Assembly: GCF_036321535.1 (NCBI RefSeq)
Contig: NC_087447.1
Span: forward strand, 37,016,001-37,080,000
Source of the DNA: Camelus dromedarius
Taxonomy: Eukaryota
Length of the DNA stretch: 64,000 bases
Direction of reading: 5' to 3'
The position numbers and the translations under genes are program-made. Below are positions 60,961 to 64,000 of this stretch, in pieces. The stretch's first letter is position 1; each line of letters starts with the position of its first letter. Below the pieces are notes generated by a model, which had not been told where the DNA came from, ran no database searches, and was given only the letters and a program-made list of their open reading frames with translations.

Positions 60961-61324
60961 AACATGGGTTTTTCACAGTGTTGTTTTTATGACTGGGACT
61001 GTTACCCAGCAGCGATTCTACTCCTCATCCTGTTGGTCCCCGAGGAGACCCAGCATGCTTGGGAGCTTTCTGGAAAACTAGGCAGTGTCTCAGGCACCCC
61101 AGCAGGCTCCGGTTCCTTCCCTCTCTCTGGCCACTTTCTTTTTTCAGTTCCGGCTGCTGAGGAAAGATGTGGAATTTCCTATCTGCAAAAGGTGCCTTGG
61201 AGAGGGAGAGCAGAAGTTCCTGGGAAAACAGCAGAGGCTGCCCCCACACAGCCTGATCCTGGTCACCCAGAGCACAGGGCATTGGGTCTTTATATATCCT
61301 AGGTCTTGACAGATGCTTGAAAAA

Positions 61325-61545
61325 TAATAATAATGACATCTGACCCCTACATGTCACTTTCAGTTATAAAGTACTTTTGATACTGATGTCTGTTTTGACT
61401 TCCATGGCAATCTGAAGGGACCTGTATTATTGTACCCATTTTAGAGATGAAAAAATTCAAGCCCAATGCAACTACTTGACTTTCCACAGCCACACAGCGT
61501 TCAGTACCTGAGAATGGCGATTTGGACCCACGTTTCTCTATCTCC
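61325..61545 (-). mobile_element. MIR
   Basis: tattattgtacccattttagagatgaaaaaattcaagccc. Confidence 0.75.
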
Positions 61546-62464
61546 TCAGCCTGTGGTCTTTTGAACATTGCAAAAATAGAAATAGCCAGTTCTTTTAGGA
61601 AGAACAAGGAACAGAATAGATAACTCTCGTTAAAGAAATAAAATTTAGTGACATTTTATTTAGAAGTGTTGACTTTTAGAGTGAGACCAAGGTTGCCAGA
61701 GGTGAGAACTGTTTTCCCGTTTTGCATGTGCAGGGTGTGACTGTTTTCCAAGTGCATCCACGTCCTGGCTTTCTGTCATTTGCACATCACCACAGCTCTG
61801 CGGGGGAAGCAGGGAGATGTCACCACGTTGTGGAGAAGAGTGAAGCTACGAGGCTGGGGGACCTGCCTGGGGCCAGAGAGGACACCCCCAGGACACTGGA
61901 AGCTCCTGACCACCTTCACAGCTCACTGACAACTCACTGACATACAAGACGGTTCTTTTTATTGCTTTTACAGAAAAACTTCAGTGTTAGATACCCATAG
62001 CGAATTTTTTTAGTGATTGCTTTTTTTCCTCCATGCTTACCTCTCAGCTGAAAGTCGAATGATCACAAATCAAGTTAAGATCCAGGAGTCCCCTGAAGCA
62101 AGCAGCATCCCCTAAAAGAGCAGTAACTAGAAAGAGTCAGGGCCAGTACACCCTCCACAGCCCAACTGCCATCCTGACATTCAGTCCTAGCCCTGCTGCT
62201 GCCACGGCCTGGGCGACACTGAGTCACCTAAGTGGACAGTGATGTGTCACAGAGATGTTCAGTAACAATGGTGGAAGCAGAAGGGGTCTGAGCTTCTAGG
62301 TACCCGAGGATCCAAATGCCCAGTAATCTCTATTTCTCTGGGCAGGGCTGCTGGCTGTGGGTTTGGGTGTGTTTGGTTCTGTGACACCTGCCAGGACACA
62401 GTAATGGCTGGTGAGTGTGGCCAGGGACAGATGTGGCCTTGGGGGAGGGTGGCAGTCAGCCTTA

Positions 62465-62930
62465 TCAGTTAGGAATCTGGTTTCACAATCTCCATCTGTA
62501 TCTCTTATTTATTTGTTGCTAGAATAAAGCTACAAAACCTGTAACTGAGGTTTCAAACATCGCTCTTTCCTTGCTCTTGTGCCTGTGGGGCATCTGGGTC
62601 CTGGCCAATCCAGTTGGGATGGCCCCAGGGCTGTGGCTTGGGCTCAGGTCTGTTCCCTGTATCTTTCCTCCCTCCAGGGCCAGGGGCCCACCTGGGTGAG
62701 AGCTGTAGTGGTGGCAGAAGAGCAGGAGCCCAGCCAAACTGCTGGGCACATGAAGGCTTCTTCTTGTGTCACATTTGCAAATGTTTCACCCGCCAAAGCC
62801 AGTCACATGATGAAGCCAAGCCTCCCTGGACCAGGGAAATCTGCCCCGCCCACCCAGTGAGCCCAAAATTTACTGAACTGCCGAACTGTCACACCAGCTG
62901 CTCAACTCGAGCCCTACTTCTTAATTGACT
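62465..62930 (-). mobile_element. MaLR LTR (MLT1H/I-like)
   Basis: gggctcaggtctgttcc ... ggcagaagagcaggag ... gccaaagccagtcacatgatgaagccaa ... agggaaatctgcccc. Confidence 0.65.
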
Positions 62931-63149
62931 CTAACTCAGAGGGAGAAAAGAAATTATTATAGAAATTCCTCTGAACACAGGAGACCCTGAGCCGTGGGAG
63001 CTGAAGGCAGAGAGGACTTTGAGAAGGGAGAGGAGGCAGGGGCAGCTGCACCCCGCCCCTCTGCACCAGTGGACCGCGGGCACCAAGCTGGGGGCCAGCG
63101 GGTCCTGGGAAGTGGCTTGAGGAGCCGCAGGACAGAAGGCCACGTCAGG

Positions 63150-63780
63150 GCTGGGAAACAGAAGCACTGGAGTTGGGATGAACCGAGTTCAAACCCCAGC
63201 TTCTCCACTCACTGAGTAGGTGACTTACCACTCTAGGCCTCCGTGTCCTCATCTGTAAAAGGGGGACAACATCTCAGGGCGGCAGAGAGAGGACATGGGA
63301 GGTTGCTCCAAAAGGAAGGAGGGAAACTCCATCATATTTGAGAAGGTTGGGTTTCTGTGTGGGAAGGGGGCACTAAGATAAGTTTAGTGAGTTAAGTTGA
63401 ATGGGGTGGCTTCTATTTCTGCTGGTTAGAATTTCCCTCAAATTCCTGCATTCCTTCCTGAAATGTTTACTGAGCTATTACCCTGTCTGTGTCAGGCACC
63501 TGTCTAGGTGCTGGGACCGCGTCAGTGAATAAAAGAGAGGAAACCTTCTGCCCTCACGGTGGGATGGAGGCTGAATTTATTAAGCACCTACTATGTTTCA
63601 GGCATTGTGCTGGGCTCTGTATCCAGATGGATACTGTTATATCCGATTTGAAAATTGGAAAACTGAGACCCAGTGAAAGTAAATAACTCCTCAAGGGCCA
63701 ACTGTAGCCATTAAGAGGCACAGCTGATACTGCCCTATCCCAGAGTCTGTCTATGCTGTCACATCCCCAGGCCCTGAGAT
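63150..63780. mobile_element. MIR(+) ~63150-63280, L2 tail(-) ~63445-63560, MIR(-) ~63570-63780
   Basis: cctcatctgtaaaagggg; aaatgtttactgagc ... ctaggtgctgg; ggaaaactgagacccagtgaaagtaaataact. Confidence 0.7.
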
Positions 63781-64000
63781 GGCAGTTTGCAAAGAAGCCC
63801 TGAAGCCACATGCAAAGAAGCCCTGAGACAAGACAGGAGGAACATGGGTGACTAGAAGAGAGATGACAGTAACAGCATGTTAAAGTGATTTATAAAGATG
63901 GGCAAGGGGGCGGGGGCTGTATGATGATGCGGGCAGAGGCACTGGGTTGGGGGTTCCAGATTGGGCGTTGGGGTGTGGGTGAGAGTCTGGGGCAGCTCCT

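Noticed and set aside
1..64000. A novel multi-gene system or a named host gene
   Set aside because: No coding exons or RNA genes are supportable, and the locus identity cannot be established without alignment.

Overview
This is 64 kb of GC-rich, non-coding mammalian DNA, very probably from a camelid (camel, llama or alpaca). The species call rests on a tRNA-derived Vic-1-type SINE at 4151-4300 and a camelid-type L1 3' tail at about 9153-9215. I found no protein-coding exon, RNA gene or processed pseudogene; the ORF track reflects chance ORFs in GC-rich or repeat DNA. Much of the window is ancient interspersed repeat: many MIR and L2 fragments, MLT1 (ERVL-MaLR) solo LTRs, old L1M pieces and hAT-Charlie MITEs (MER3, MER5, MER20, MER112-like). 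Between the repeats lie three CpG-rich patches (about 11.9-12.4, 14.2-14.9 and 22.4-22.8 kb) and several repeat-free, motif-dense blocks that look like enhancers. This pattern suggests a gene desert or large intron near a developmental gene, but the locus cannot be named from this sequence. The most concrete oddities are a 53-bp segment shared with a site 11 kb away that replaces the middle of an MLT1 LTR, an ancient LTR that is anomalously CpG-rich, and a canonically spaced REST/RE1-like site. I see no supportable new multi-gene system. Repeat families and boundaries are by-eye matches to remembered consensus sequences and are approximate; motif calls are sequence matches, not evidence of binding.
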